DNA of 64,000 nt from an uncultured Actinomycetes bacterium (GCA_963850695.1 CAWKMJ010000001.1:931578-995577); one strand, 5' to 3'; positions 18,944 to 29,599 are shown, numbered from the stretch's first letter. Program-made: numbers and translations. Notes: generated by a model from the sequence alone, not told the origin.

Positions 18944-20818
18944 CTACTTGAGTGCGTCGACCTCGGCCTCGGTGAGATCGAGCACCCAGCCGCGCATGAG
19001 TCGGCCGGATCTCTCGACCCGGTCGTACTGCACATGCGCCGCCGTGTCACGAGCCGTGTGATACACGGGGTCATCGCGCCACTCGATCCAGGCAGCGGGG
19101 ATTCCCTTGTACTCGAAGCTGTCGTGATCGCTCCAGCCGGGGTCCTTGAGGTAGGCCAGCGGCTCCTTGGTGTACTTGCCCCAGCTCTTCAGCGAGGCCA
19201 CCACCGTCATCTTCGAGTAGCCGGTGTTGCGCACGTTGAAGGTGCCGCCATAGCCCACCATGTCGATCGAGACCATGCCCTCGGTACGGGCCTTGTCTGC
19301 CGAGGAGAGGGTTGCGACGTAGTGCCTGGAGCCGAAGTGGTGGTCATCGGGCGTGGGCCCGCTGATCTCCTCGGAGCCGAACACCACGAACCTGATGGTA
19401 GGCGCGGCGTCTGAGACAGCGAGCACGCGAGCGAGCTCCAGCATGACCGCGACGCCTGAGCCGTTGTCGTTGCCGCCCGGGGAGGGCGACTTCGAATCGA
19501 TGTGGGCTCCGAGCACGATCGTGTCGGGCGTGGTGCCGACCTTCTCGGCCACGACGTTGACCGATGTCTTGCCGCCCGGTATCCAGAAGGACTGCTTGCT
19601 CACCGTGTAGCCGTAGCTCGTCAGCTGCGCGGCGCAGTAGTCAGCCGCCTTTCGCTCCGCAGAGCTGCCCGCACTCCTCACGCCGTATCCGGTGATGGCG
19701 TACACGTGCGCCTTGGCGCGCCCCTTGGAGAAGTACGGCGCCCGCAACGCGTGCTGACACTCGAGTCGCACGTGCCACGGCACCGTCACGGGCCCGCCGA
19801 AGAACGTGAAGTGCTGCATACTCGCCCGCCGCGACCACAGACGCCCCGCCACCGAATCGGGCACCCTCGCAGGCGCAACCAGGAGCAGCGGCGATCCTTG
19901 CTGGCCGAGGTAGACACCGCCCGCCAGCGCATCGGCGTAGGCCTCGCCCGAGGCGAACCCGGGCTTGTCGCGATCGAATCCTGCGGCGGTGGCCGCGAAG
20001 TCGCTCACGTTGATGGCTACCTGGTAGCGGTCCGCACCGGAAAGGCGGCTCACGTTGGCCGAGCCGAACGCGCTCTGGAGCGCCTTGCTCGTTGAGTACG
20101 GTACCGACGCCGGGCCTCCAGCGATGATGACCTTCTTCACGCCCGCCTTCTTCATGGCGCCGATCGTGGCTGCGGGGTTGCGCGTCGGCTCCATCAGGTA
20201 GATGGGCCAACCCTTGGCCGCAGCGATCGGCGCGCTGGCCAGCGCATCGGTGAAGACGCGCCCTGTGGCCACAAAGGCAGTGTCGACCGAGCCGCCGAGC
20301 ACGTCAGCGGTTTCCGCCGCGACCCGGTTGGCCACAGCGTAGCGGTCGTTTCCGGCGATCCTCACGATCTCGACACCGGGGCCGAGCGTGGCAGCAACCT
20401 GAGTCTGGACCTTGGGCGAAAGCGATGCCGTGCCGCCGAGCAGATACACGCGGCTAGGGTCGAGACGCTGGAGCTCCGTTCGTACCGACCCGGGCACGAG
20501 GTCTTTCTGTGAGAGCAGTATCGGCCCATCACCCGCACCGGCAAGCGCCGATCCGCCGAGCGCATCTGCCCACGCCGTGCCGTTGACGAGCACGACCGTG
20601 TCCGCCGTGCCCGGATACGCCTTCTTCGAGATCTCGATGGCGGTCGTGTAGCGGTCGGGACCGCTGATGGAGGTCGACGCCACGCCGTGGGCCTGCATCG
20701 GCAGGCACAGAGCTGCCATCGCGAGGACGACAAGCACGAGCAGGGCTGCCGGCAGGTGGCCGCGGTCGAGCGCGGCGGCGTGGGACCGAAGCGTGTTGCG
20801 AGAGTGATCCATACGCAT
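18944..20818 (-). CDS. cell-wall-anchored M28-family metallopeptidase (3 CWB2 repeats + aminopeptidase domain)
   Basis: 624 aa, intact, with a signal peptide. Three repeats of the CWB2 type (G(P/N/A)DRY.TA..I.....AD.VVL..G..(W/F)ADAL....LA.....PILL). The C-terminal M28 region has GAHIDS..GGNDNGSGVAVMLELAR..FVVFGSEE..H..D. Confidence 0.85.
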   Translation of the reverse strand: MRMDHSRNTLRSHAAALDRGHLPAALLVLVVLAMAALCLPMQAHGVASTSISGPDRYTTAIEISKKAYPGTADTVVLVNGTAWADALGGSALAGAGDGPILLSQKDLVPGSVRTELQRLDPSRVYLLGGTASLSPKVQTQVAATLGPGVEIVRIAGNDRYAVANRVAAETADVLGGSVDTAFVATGRVFTDALASAPIAAAKGWPIYLMEPTRNPAATIGAMKKAGVKKVIIAGGPASVPYSTSKALQSAFGSANVSRLSGADRYQVAINVSDFAATAAGFDRDKPGFASGEAYADALAGGVYLGQQGSPLLLVAPARVPDSVAGRLWSRRASMQHFTFFGGPVTVPWHVRLECQHALRAPYFSKGRAKAHVYAITGYGVRSAGSSAERKAADYCAAQLTSYGYTVSKQSFWIPGGKTSVNVVAEKVGTTPDTIVLGAHIDSKSPSPGGNDNGSGVAVMLELARVLAVSDAAPTIRFVVFGSEEISGPTPDDHHFGSRHYVATLSSADKARTEGMVSIDMVGYGGTFNVRNTGYSKMTVVASLKSWGKYTKEPLAYLKDPGWSDHDSFEYKGIPAAWIEWRDDPVYHTARDTAAHVQYDRVERSGRLMRGWVLDLTEAEVDALK

Positions 20819-20871
20819 AGCATCGGCCCGAAGAGCTCCGGAGTCCAGCGACGGGACGCCGTTCGCGTGGC

Positions 20872-21297
20872 CTAGCCGATGATACGAGCACCCTCGAGCT
20901 GGCCGTGGGCGCGGCGATCGGCGGAGACGAACTCCACGCCGAGGATGTCTGCGAGTACCGGAGCGGCCGCATCGTAGAAGGTACAGCCGCTGGACTCGCA
21001 GAGCGCAAGCATGGCCAGTATCATCTCCGCGTCGATCCCCACGACGGTGAGATCGTCACGTTCCAGGTGCTCCCATAGCGACCGCGCGCGGGTAGCCCCG
21101 TAGAGACGCCGAGCCACGTCGAGCACCTCGTGGATGAAGATCACCGGCACGACGATGCGCAGCGATCCTGCACCGTGGTCCCGCAGAAGTGAGAGCGCCT
21201 CGTCGCTTCCCGGCTCGTGCTTGAGCCACTTCACGCCCACAGAGGCGTCGAGGACTACGACGCGCGCAGCCGTTTCGGGCTCGGGCCGAGAGCTCAC
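20872..21297 (-). CDS. vapC: PIN-domain toxin VapC
   Basis: GTG at 21297 overlaps the vapB stop (GTGA). VVVLDASVGVKWL..IHEVLDV..FYDAA.. contains the PIN acidic residues. Confidence 0.75.
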   Translation of the reverse strand: MSSRPEPETAARVVVLDASVGVKWLKHEPGSDEALSLLRDHGAGSLRIVVPVIFIHEVLDVARRLYGATRARSLWEHLERDDLTVVGIDAEMILAMLALCESSGCTFYDAAAPVLADILGVEFVSADRRAHGQLEGARIIG

Positions 21298-21602
21298 GGG
21301 CCCTCTCCGGCCTCGTCGTCCCAAGGAGCCCCCGCATCGAGCGGACCCCGGATCTCGCGCAAGACCTCGGCCGCCGAGCGCTGGTCGAGCGCAGAGCTCG
21401 AGGCAAGAGTGTCCAGGAAGCTGAGCGTCTCATCGACCGCCGTGGCCCGGGCAGCATCAGCGTCGCGGGTCTGCATGCCCGCAACATACCGGGCCGACGC
21501 CTCACGGATGAGCGCCGAGCGAGACAGGCCCTCTTCGGCAGCCTCTTCGTCGATAGCCGAGACGAGCTCGTCGGGCAGTGTGATGGTGATTCGCCGTGTC
21601 AT
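21294..21602 (-). CDS. vapB: ribbon-helix-helix (CopG-type) antitoxin VapB
   Basis: MTRRITITLPDELVSAIDEEAAEEGLSRSALIREASARYV is a canonical RHH N-terminus. It has a 4-nt overlap with vapC. Confidence 0.75.
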   Translation of the reverse strand: MTRRITITLPDELVSAIDEEAAEEGLSRSALIREASARYVAGMQTRDADAARATAVDETLSFLDTLASSSALDQRSAAEVLREIRGPLDAGAPWDDEAGEGP

Positions 21603-21717
21603 AGCCGTATCATACCATCGATGCATACCGATTCGTATGCATGGCGAGGAGGCCCGATGTGTGGTCAGCGAGCAACAGGAGCCGCCCCCCGGTGCGGGAG
21701 ACGGCTCCGTGATCTCG

Positions 21718-21793
21718 TGGTGCCCCCAGCGGGATTCGAACCCGCGCTACCACCTTGAAAGGGTGGCGACCTGGGCCACTAGTCGATGGGGGC
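21718..21793 (-). tRNA. tRNA-Glu (anticodon TTC), CCA encoded
   Basis: Acceptor GCCCCCA/TGGGGGC, anticodon stem CCACC/GGTGG with loop CTTTCAA, T loop TTCGAAT, then A-CCA. Confidence 0.9.
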
Positions 21794-21803
21794 GTGTCAA
21801 CGT

Positions 21804-21879
21804 TGGTGGGCCGTGTAGGAATCGAACCTACGACCTTGGGATTAAAAGTCCCCTGCTCTGCCAACTGAGCTAACGGCCC
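21804..21879 (-). tRNA. tRNA-Lys (anticodon TTT), CCA encoded
   Basis: GGGCCGTTAGCTCAGTTGGCAGAGC.., anticodon loop CTTTTAA, T arm GTAGG-TTCGATT-CCTAC, acceptor ..ACGGCCC-A-CCA. Confidence 0.9.
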
Positions 21880-22168
21880 TTCCCGCGACCGACCGCGCGG
21901 GCCGCTCGCAAGGCGAAGCGTAGTGTAGCGTGCGTCCTGGGGCAGGTCAATCGTGGCCGGAGGCGCCTGCGGATACGTCTACCTGCGGCGATGCGCCGCC
22001 ATCGGGCAGGTCTGCCGAGAGGCCGTGCAGCTGGCGCGTCAACGCATCCGATATCGCTTCTAGCTGCGATGACGCGCCGGTGCCCCAAAACGGGAATGCT
22101 AGCATTGGGTGTGAGATGCGCCCGCGCCTGGAGCGCGGGCATCGAGCCATGAGGGGGACCACGCACAG

Positions 22169-24364
22169 ATGAGTGACGCCCAGCGTCTGATCCTGGTATC
22201 CAACCGCCTGCCCGTATCCATAGATCGCAAGAAGAGCGAACTCTCGTTCAAGATGAGCATGGGCGGCGTCGCCACCGGCCTTGGCGCCTACCACGAGACG
22301 CACGAGAGTCTGTGGGTGGGCTGGGCCGACATCCCCGGCAAGGTGACCCCCGAGGTCACCGCCGAGGTGCAGACCCGCTTGCGCGAGGAGCACGGCTGCG
22401 TCCCGGTCTTCCTCACCGGAGCGGACGTGCGCGGCTTCTACTACGGCTTCTCCAACCGCACGCTCTGGCCGCTCTTCCACCACTTCACGCAGTTCACCGA
22501 GTTCGACCCGGCCACGTGGGCCTCGTACGAGGAGGTCAACCGCAAGTACTGCGACGCCGTGATGGAGGTGGCACGTCCCGGCGACATCATCTGGGTGCAG
22601 GACTACCAGCTCATGCTCCTGCCCGGGATGCTCCGCGAGAGGATGGCCGAGGCCACCATCGGCTTCTTCCTCCACATCCCCTTCCCGAGCTTCGAGATCT
22701 TCCGCATGCTGCCCTGGCGCGAGCAGCTGCTCGAAGGGCTCCTCGGCTCCGATCTCATCGGGTTCCACACCTACGACTACGTACGCTACTTCCTCGGCTC
22801 GGTCCGACGGCTGCTCGGCCTGGAGGAGCACCACGGGCGCGTCAACGTGAGCGACCGTCTCGCGCTGGCCGACGCATTCCCCATGGGCATCGACTACGAC
22901 CGCTACGCCGAGGGGGTCGCCTCGCCGACCGGCCGTCGAGGAGGCCGAGACCATCCGCGAGCGCACCGGGGACCGCAAACTCATCCTCGGCATCGACCGG
23001 CTCGACTACACCAAGGGCATCCCGGAGCGCCTGCGAGCGTTCGCCGACTTCCTCGAGCGCTACCCCGAGTGGCGCAGAGCGCGTCGTCATGATCGCCGTG
23101 GCGGTCCCCTCCCGCGAGCGAGTCAACCAGTACAGGGAGCTCAAGAGCGAGGTCGACGAGCTCGTCGGCTCGATCAACGGCAAGTACTCGACCATGGACT
23201 GGACGCCGATCCGCTACCACTACCGCGCGCTCCAGTTCGAGAAGCTCTCGGGCACGTACGCCGCCTCCGACGTCGCGCTCGTGACCCCGCTGCGCGACGG
23301 CATGAACCTGATCGCCAAGGAGTACGTCGCAGGCCGGCTCGACCAGACCGGCGTGCTCGTTCTCTCCGAGATGGCAGGCGCGGCGCGCGAACTCGGAGAG
23401 GCCGTCATGGTCAACCCGTTCGACCGCGACGCGATGGTCGAGGCGATCCGCACGGCGCTCGAGATGCCCGAAGACGAGCAGCGGGAGCGCAACGAGGCGA
23501 TGCAGCGCCGCATCAAGCGCTACACCGTGAGGCGGTGGGCCGAGGACTTCCTCCACAGTCTGGAGAGCATCAAGCTCGACGCAGATCGGCCTGGACGCCC
23601 ATGTCCTCGACGAGTGGGCGCGCGAGCGCATGATCAACGAGTACTCCGCCGCGAAGAAGCGACTTGTCATGCTCGACTACGACGGCACCCTCATGCCGCT
23701 GGCCGACAGCCCCGAGGCCGTGCGTCCCGATCCCGACCTCCTCGCCCTCCTCGATCGCCTCGCCGAGGACGACCGCAACGAGGTCGTGGTCATATCGGGG
23801 CGCGAGCGAGCCACGATCGACTCCTGGCTGGGACACCTCCCGATCGATCTTGTAGCCGAGCACGGCGTGTGGCTCAAGGAGAACCGCGGCGAGTGGATAA
23901 CCTTCGAGCCGATGAGCGCCGAGTGGAAGACGCGCGTGCGCCCGGTGCTCGAGGTGTTCGTCGACCGCACGCCCGGGACGTTCATCGAGGAGAAGGAGTT
24001 CTCGCTCGTCTGGCACTACGCAAAGGTCCATCCTGACCTGGCCGCGACGCGCGTCGATGAACTCAAGCAGGAGCTGATCGCCGTCGTGGGCGACCTTGGC
24101 CTCGGCATCATGGAGGGCAACAAGACGGTCGAGGTGAAGAGCGCGGGCGTGAACAAGGGGCTCGCGGCACACCGCTGGATGGCGCGCGAGGAGCCAGCGT
24201 TCGTGTTCTTCGCTGGCGACGACCGCACGGACGAGGACGTGTTCGAGGCCGCGCCGGACGGGGCGTGGACCGTCAAGGTCGGCCGAGGCAGGACGATCGC
24301 GAGCCACTCGGTCCGCTCGGTGTACGATGTCCGGGACCTGCTCGAAGAGATGCTGGAGGCATAG
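22169..24364 (+). pseudogene. otsAB: bifunctional trehalose-6-phosphate synthase / trehalose-phosphatase (OtsA-OtsB fusion); about 4 frame breaks
   Basis: GT20 motifs LILVSNRLPV, FYYGFSNRTLWPLFH, IWVQDYQLMLLP, IGFFLHIPFPS, FHTYDY (ORF 22169..23092). The middle and C-terminal part of GT20 lies in ORF 22312..24036 ([27 protein letters not shown]..). The HAD phosphatase is ORF 23630..24364 (LVMLDYDGTL..GDDRTDEDVF). No plausible stop separates the two halves once frames are corrected. Confidence 0.8.
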
Positions 24365-25417
24365 GTGCTACAGAGCTTCTGGGACAGCTGGGGTCCGCTC
24401 ATCACATGGACGGCCGGCTCGCTGCTCATCGGGATGATCGTCGACACGATCATCTACACGCTCCTGCAGAGGCGCGCCAAGAGGCGCAGCCATCGCGTAG
24501 GCCAGGAGATCGCCCGCGCGCTGCACGGACTCCCGACCGCGCTGGCGTTGCTGATAGGCGTGAAGATCGGAAGTGTGCGCGGCGCTCTGGCTCCGGAACA
24601 GCTCAGGTTCATCGACCAGGCGCTTCTCGCGGCCTTCATCGTCGTGCTCACCGCCTTCGGCGCGCGCATCGCCGGACGCCTGGTCGCCTTCTACACGAGC
24701 CGGGAGGGCGTGGACCTCCCTCCGAGCACCATCTTCGTGAACTTCGCACGCGGCATCGTCTGGATCATCGGCGGGCTCACGCTGCTCGCGGCGTTCGAGG
24801 TCTCGATCGCACCACTCCTCACAGCCCTCGGTGTCGGCGGTCTGGCCGTGGGCCTGGCGCTCCAGGACACACTGTCCAACCTCTTCGCCGGCATACAGGT
24901 GCTGCTCTCAGGACAGATCCAGCCCGACGACTACATCATGCTCGAGACGGGGCAGGAGGGTTGGGTCGTCGATGTCACGTGGCGCAACACGACCATCAGA
25001 ATGCTCAGCAACGACCTCGTGATCGTGCCCAACTCCAAGATCGGCAGCGAGCTGGTCACCAACTTCACGTCGAAAGACGCCCAGACGGTCATCTGGGTTC
25101 CTGTGGGCGTGGCCTACGACAGCGATCTGGAGCAGGTCGAGCGCGTGACGCGCGAAGTCGCTGCGACGATCGCAGCCTCTGACTATGGCGCCGACCCCAG
25201 CTACGAGTCGCTCCTGCGCTTCGACGAGTTCGGTGACTCTGCGATCAACTTGCGAGTCTCCCTGCGAGCCAACGAGTACGGCGAGCGATGGCTGCTGACG
25301 ACCGAGACGATCAAGCTCCTGCACAAGCGCTACGCCGAGGAGGGCATCACGATCCCCTTCCCGCAGCGCACGGTGCACATGGCGGCAGAGGCGACCGGCA
25401 GCGGGGTCCAGGCGTAG
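24365..25417 (+). CDS. mscS: MscS-family mechanosensitive channel
   Basis: 350 aa, intact. The GTG start immediately follows the otsAB TAG. Motifs GLAVGLALQDTLSNLFAGIQVLLSGQIQPDDYI...VVDVTWRNTTIRMLSNDLVIVPNSKI. Confidence 0.85.
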   Translation: MLQSFWDSWGPLITWTAGSLLIGMIVDTIIYTLLQRRAKRRSHRVGQEIARALHGLPTALALLIGVKIGSVRGALAPEQLRFIDQALLAAFIVVLTAFGARIAGRLVAFYTSREGVDLPPSTIFVNFARGIVWIIGGLTLLAAFEVSIAPLLTALGVGGLAVGLALQDTLSNLFAGIQVLLSGQIQPDDYIMLETGQEGWVVDVTWRNTTIRMLSNDLVIVPNSKIGSELVTNFTSKDAQTVIWVPVGVAYDSDLEQVERVTREVAATIAASDYGADPSYESLLRFDEFGDSAINLRVSLRANEYGERWLLTTETIKLLHKRYAEEGITIPFPQRTVHMAAEATGSGVQA

Positions 25418-25439
25418 GACCCGCCGAGGCGTAGACCGC

Positions 25440-26619
25440 TCAGCCATCGACCCCCAGCACGGGCTGGGCTTTGAGCAGCGTCTCGCGCCACTCCTCGAAC
25501 GGATCCGAGTCGATCGTGATGCCGCCGCCGGTCCCCCACTCGACCTCGCCCTCGCGGTCCACGAGCGTCCTGATCAGCACCGATCCATCGAGCCGACCCG
25601 GCATCGCGGCGACGAGCGAGCCGGTGTAGGGACCGCGAGGCGAGTGTTCGAGTGAGTCGATGACCTCCATGGCCGCGATCTTGGGCGTGCCGGTGACAGA
25701 ACCGCACGGGAACGCGGCCTCGAGCAGCCGCTGCACCGGGCGTTCTCCGTCGACCACACCGCGCACCGTCGAGTACATCTGGTGGCAGTAGGGCGTCTGT
25801 GCGACATCCATGAGCGGCTCGACCGACACGGACCCGGTACGACTCACTCGGCCGAGGTCGTTTCTCTCCAGATCGACGACCATGACGTGCTCGGCCCGCT
25901 CTTTGTCAGACTCGCGCAGCTCATCGGCAAGATGCACGTCACAGTCCGGGCACTCGGAGCGCGGGCGCGTGCCCTTGATGGGCCAGATCTCCGCCACGCT
26001 GCCACCGCCGTCCTCCCACGCGCGCTCAGCAAGCGAGAGGAATCGCTCGGGCGAGACCGAGGCAAGCGAGGTCACCCCGTCGGTGACGAACGCGTTCATC
26101 ATCGAGCTCGCGCGCGCCGACGAGCACCGCGTATGCGTCGCCCGGGGCCAGTGCGCGTTGCCCCCGGATGCGATAGGTGAGGTTCACGAGGTAGACGTCT
26201 CCGGCGCGGATCGCATCGTGGATGGCGCCGACCGCCGCGACGTAGGTGGGCGCGTCCATCCCGTGGATCGCCTCGGCGATGAGGGAGGCTCACCGGGCTG
26301 CGAGATGATCGGGCCCGCTCTGCGCCGAGGTCTCGCTCAGTGGGCTGAGGTCTATCTCGCCGATGGAGACCCATCCCTCGCCATCAGAGACCACGCACCC
26401 CTCGTAGCAGAGCACGGTGCAGCTGCCGTCGTAGTCGGCCACCACGACACAGAGCTCGTGGCCGCGCCCTGCGTACGCCGCGTCCAGGTACTCTGCGGCC
26501 TCATCGACCGAGAGCCCCCGCGCGAGAGTGACCGGGTCCCACGAGGCGACGGCGCGTCCCTCGAACCAGCCCCCGACGTGCGCGGGGTCGAGAACGACGG
26601 GCGCACGCGCAAGCGGCAC
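25440..26619 (-). pseudogene. pabB: aminodeoxychorismate synthase component I (chorismate-binding enzyme); about 2-3 frame breaks
   Basis: Fragments 26290..26619, 26026..26259 and 25440..26102. C-terminal motifs PIKGTRPR, VVDLERNDLGRV, FPCGSVTGTPKIAAMEVI, RGPYTGS. Assigned as PabB rather than TrpE because pabC is adjacent. Confidence 0.7.
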
Positions 26620-26690
26620 GGTGGCGGCAAGCTGCGCGGGCGTGACGCAGTCGGCTTTCGCCCCCGGATGCGGCCTGGACCCTCGTGTCC

Positions 26691-27398
26691 CTACTCCTCT
26701 TCATCATGCTGCGCCTTGAAGATGCGCTCGATGTGCGCGTGAATCCTGGGGGCGGCCAGGCCTGCGTGTCCGCGCGCATCGACCGCCCCGCCGACGGCGG
26801 TGGAGAGGAACACCTCATCGGCCAGGAGCACGTCTTGCTCGTAGACCTGGCGCTCCTCCACCTCGTAGCCCCACAGCGCGGCGCAGTCCATGATGAGGAA
26901 TCGCGAGACCCCGGCCAGCGCGGGTGGGGACGGTGGTGTGACGAGCACGTCGCCGAAGACGAACCACACCGTGGCCTGAGAGCCGTCCATGATCCGTCCA
27001 TCGGCATCGACGAGCAGCGCGACGTCTCCCCCCTGGGCCTTGGCCTGGGCAAGGGCATCGTCCCAAAACGACCGGTCGGCTGGCTTCGCGGCGCCGGGCG
27101 GCAGCTCGGGCGTGAGGGTCCTCACGGGGATGATGACGGGCCCACCATCGACTGAGATCGACGACGGCGCGTCCGTGACGTCGACCGAGACGTCTTCGTC
27201 GACCGTGACCTGCAGTGTCATGCGGCCGTACTCCGGCTCCCACTCGGCGGCAGCCGCGAGCGCCATCTGCTTCGCGCGCGTCAGCGCGTCCTCGCTGCAG
27301 CCGCCCGACTGCAGGCGGTAGAGATGCCTGCCGAGCAGCGGCACACGCCCGTCACAGATGCGGATCGTCTCTCTGAGAGCCTGCTCGAGCACGTGCAC
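26691..27398 (-). CDS. pabC: class IV aminotransferase-fold protein, aminodeoxychorismate lyase-like
   Basis: 235 aa, intact. Class IV fold pattern (LLGRHLYRL.., LLVDADGRIMDGSQATVWFV.., GVSRFLI..) and position upstream of pabB. Confidence 0.6.
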   Translation of the reverse strand: MHVLEQALRETIRICDGRVPLLGRHLYRLQSGGCSEDALTRAKQMALAAAAEWEPEYGRMTLQVTVDEDVSVDVTDAPSSISVDGGPVIIPVRTLTPELPPGAAKPADRSFWDDALAQAKAQGGDVALLVDADGRIMDGSQATVWFVFGDVLVTPPSPPALAGVSRFLIMDCAALWGYEVEERQVYEQDVLLADEVFLSTAVGGAVDARGHAGLAAPRIHAHIERIFKAQHDEEE

Positions 27399-27465
27399 CT
27401 CCCGTCAGCCGATCTGCAGACGGCGGGCGGACGTCTACGCTGGGCCGGTCATGCCCGTCTTCGCC

Positions 27466-29039
27466 CTAGTGACGGAAGTGCCGGTGACCGGTGAAGACCA
27501 TCGCCACGCCGTGCTCGTCGGCCATGTCGATCGCCTCTTGGTCGCGCTGTGAGCCGCCCGGCTGGATCACGGCTGTCACGCCTGCCTCGGCGCACACCTC
27601 GAGCGAGTCTGGGAACGGCATGAACGCGTCGGAGGCGGCCACGGCGCCCTCGGCTCGATCTCCTGCCTTCTCGACAGCGATCTTGGCGGCATCCACGCGA
27701 CTCATCTGCCCCGCGCCGACGCCCACGCTCTGGGAATCCTTGACGAGCAGGATGGCGTTGGACTTGACCGACTTGCCGACCTTCCAGGCGAACAGCAGCT
27801 GCTCCATCTCCTCGTCGCTCGGGGCGCGCTTGGTGACGACCTCGAACGTCGCGGGGTCCTCGGCCACGGTGTCCGACATCTGAACGAGCATCCCGCCCTC
27901 GACCGCGCGCGACTCGTAGTGACCGCCCGGCGGCCTCACGCCGCCCGTCTTGAGGACGCGAGCGTTGGGCTTCTCGGCGATGAGCTCGAGCGCGGCGGGC
28001 TCGTAGTCGGGCGCGATCATGACCTCGACGAACTGCTCGTTGTCGATAGACCGCCTGGATGACCGAGGCGGGCACGGTGCGATTGAAGGCCATCACGCCG
28101 CCGAACGCCGAGATCGGGATCGCCCTCGTGCGCTCTCTTGTATGCGGTCGTGATGTCATCGGCGATCGCCGTGCCGCAGGGGTTCATGTGCTTGACGATG
28201 ACGCATGCGGGCTCGTCGAACTCGCGGACCGCGGCCCAGGCCGCATCCGTGTCGAGGATGTTGTTGTAGGAGAGCGCCTTGCCCTGGATCTGCTCGGCAC
28301 GGGCGAGCGTGTTCTCCTTGGCATCGCCAAAGCGGTAGAACGCCGCATCCTGGTGCGGGTTCTCGCCGTAGCGCAGGTCCTGGACCTTCTCGAGGAAGAA
28401 CCGCACATCGGTCGGGAAGAGCGAGTCGGCCTCATCAGCGCCCTGCGCCGCCAGATACGTGAAGATCGCGTTGTCGTACGCGCTGGTCTTGCGGAAGACC
28501 TCGGTGGCGAGGCGCTTGCGGGTCTCGTAGAGCGTGGCGCCGTCGTTGGCGCGCATCTCGTCGAGGATCGCGGCGTAGTCGTCCGGCTCGGTCACGACCG
28601 CGACCGAGGCGAAGTTCTTGGCCGCCGAGCGCAGCATGCTCGGCCCGCCGATGTCGATGTTCTCGATCGCGTCGGCAAGCGTGACGTCGGGCTTGGCGAT
28701 CGTCTCCTCGAAGGCGTAGAGGTTCACGACGACCATGTCGATCATGCCGATGCCGTGCTCCTCGGCCTGGGCCATGTGATCGGGCTTGGAGCGATCGGCC
28801 AGAAGACCGCCGTGCACCTTGGGATGCAGCGTCTTGACGCGGCCCTCCATCATCTCCGGGAAGCCGGTCAGGTCATCGATGGGGCGCACCGCCACTCCGG
28901 CGTCGGCGATGACGCGTGCGGTGCCTCCCGTCGAGACGATCTCTGCGCCGAACTCCTCGCTGAGCGCCTTGGCGAACTCGGCGACACCGCTCTTGTCGGT
29001 GACCGAGACCAGAACACGACCGACCTTGACCTTGTCCAT
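27466..29039 (-). pseudogene. purH: bifunctional AICAR transformylase / IMP cyclohydrolase; two frame breaks (about 28110 and 28045)
   Basis: ATG at 29039 (MDKVKVGRVLVSVTDKSG..STGGTA..KTLHPKVHGG..). ORFs 28017..29714, 27449..28159 (ISAFGGVMAFNR) and 27466..28020 (..QPGGSQRDQEAI..FTGHRHFRH). The first break is consistent with one extra C in GATCCCGATC. Confidence 0.9.
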
Positions 29040-29194
29040 GAAGCCCCTCACTTCCTGGCGTGGTCTGTGGCGGCGCTCGACCTTCAAGCACGGAACTGCT
29101 CGCGCAACAAGGGAGACGACCGGCACCGACGACGCAGTAGCCGTTGGGTGGAGGATACCCGATTTGGGCCGGAGAGAGTACGCGTCCTTGCGAG

Positions 29195-29599
29195 CTAGAG
29201 ATCGAGACGCGAGCCGACGACCGCCGCGTAGGTCGCACACGCCGTCACGCCGCGCTTCACGGCCTCGCCATCGCCGTTGGATGTGGCGTCGATGGAGTCG
29301 ACGCGGTCGAAGAGATCGCAGGCGATGGTCGGACCGAAGTACTCGACTCCCGCCCTGCGCGCAAGCTCGAGGTCGCAGTCCACACATGGCGTGTAGCCCT
29401 CGGACTGGATGAGAGCATGAGTGGCGGTACGAAAGGCCTCGCGGAGGAGCTCGTCGGCGTGTTCGAGGTTGCCCGCGTAGTACTGGCGTCGGGCGTCGAG
29501 GGCGATGTTCCAGGCGGCAGCCACTGTGTGTGTTGCCGTCTTCTTCTGCGTCTCGTCGGGCTCGATGAGTCCGTCGTCGATCCAGGCTTGCCAGTCCAT
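29195..29599 (-). CDS. hypothetical protein (possibly HEPN-like helical domain) embedded between purN and purH
   Basis: 134 aa, intact, all-helical-looking (..AAAWNIALDARRQYYAGNLEHADELLREAFRTATHALIQ..). No confident family assignment. Confidence 0.5.
   Translation of the reverse strand: MDWQAWIDDGLIEPDETQKKTATHTVAAAWNIALDARRQYYAGNLEHADELLREAFRTATHALIQSEGYTPCVDCDLELARRAGVEYFGPTIACDLFDRVDSIDATSNGDGEAVKRGVTACATYAAVVGSRLDL

Noticed and set aside
21947-22993. Long ORFs antisense to, or out of frame with, recognised genes. Examples: 21947..22993 and 23570..24307 opposite otsAB; 28059..29198 opposite purH; 36522..37757; 41222..42301 opposite the propeller gene; 63175..63936 opposite CHAD; 191..856; 1428..2099.
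   Set aside because: Their translations are Arg/Ala/Gly/Pro-rich and low-complexity, with no motifs. This is typical of shadow ORFs in GC-rich DNA. In each case the opposite or alternative frame gives a strongly recognisable protein.
29040-29195. ZTP (pfl) riboswitch upstream of purH, and likewise upstream of purC (51554..51700)
   Set aside because: Neither leader contains the hallmark UGGCG...CCGCCUGGGC pseudoknot elements. Only vague GC-rich similarity is present.
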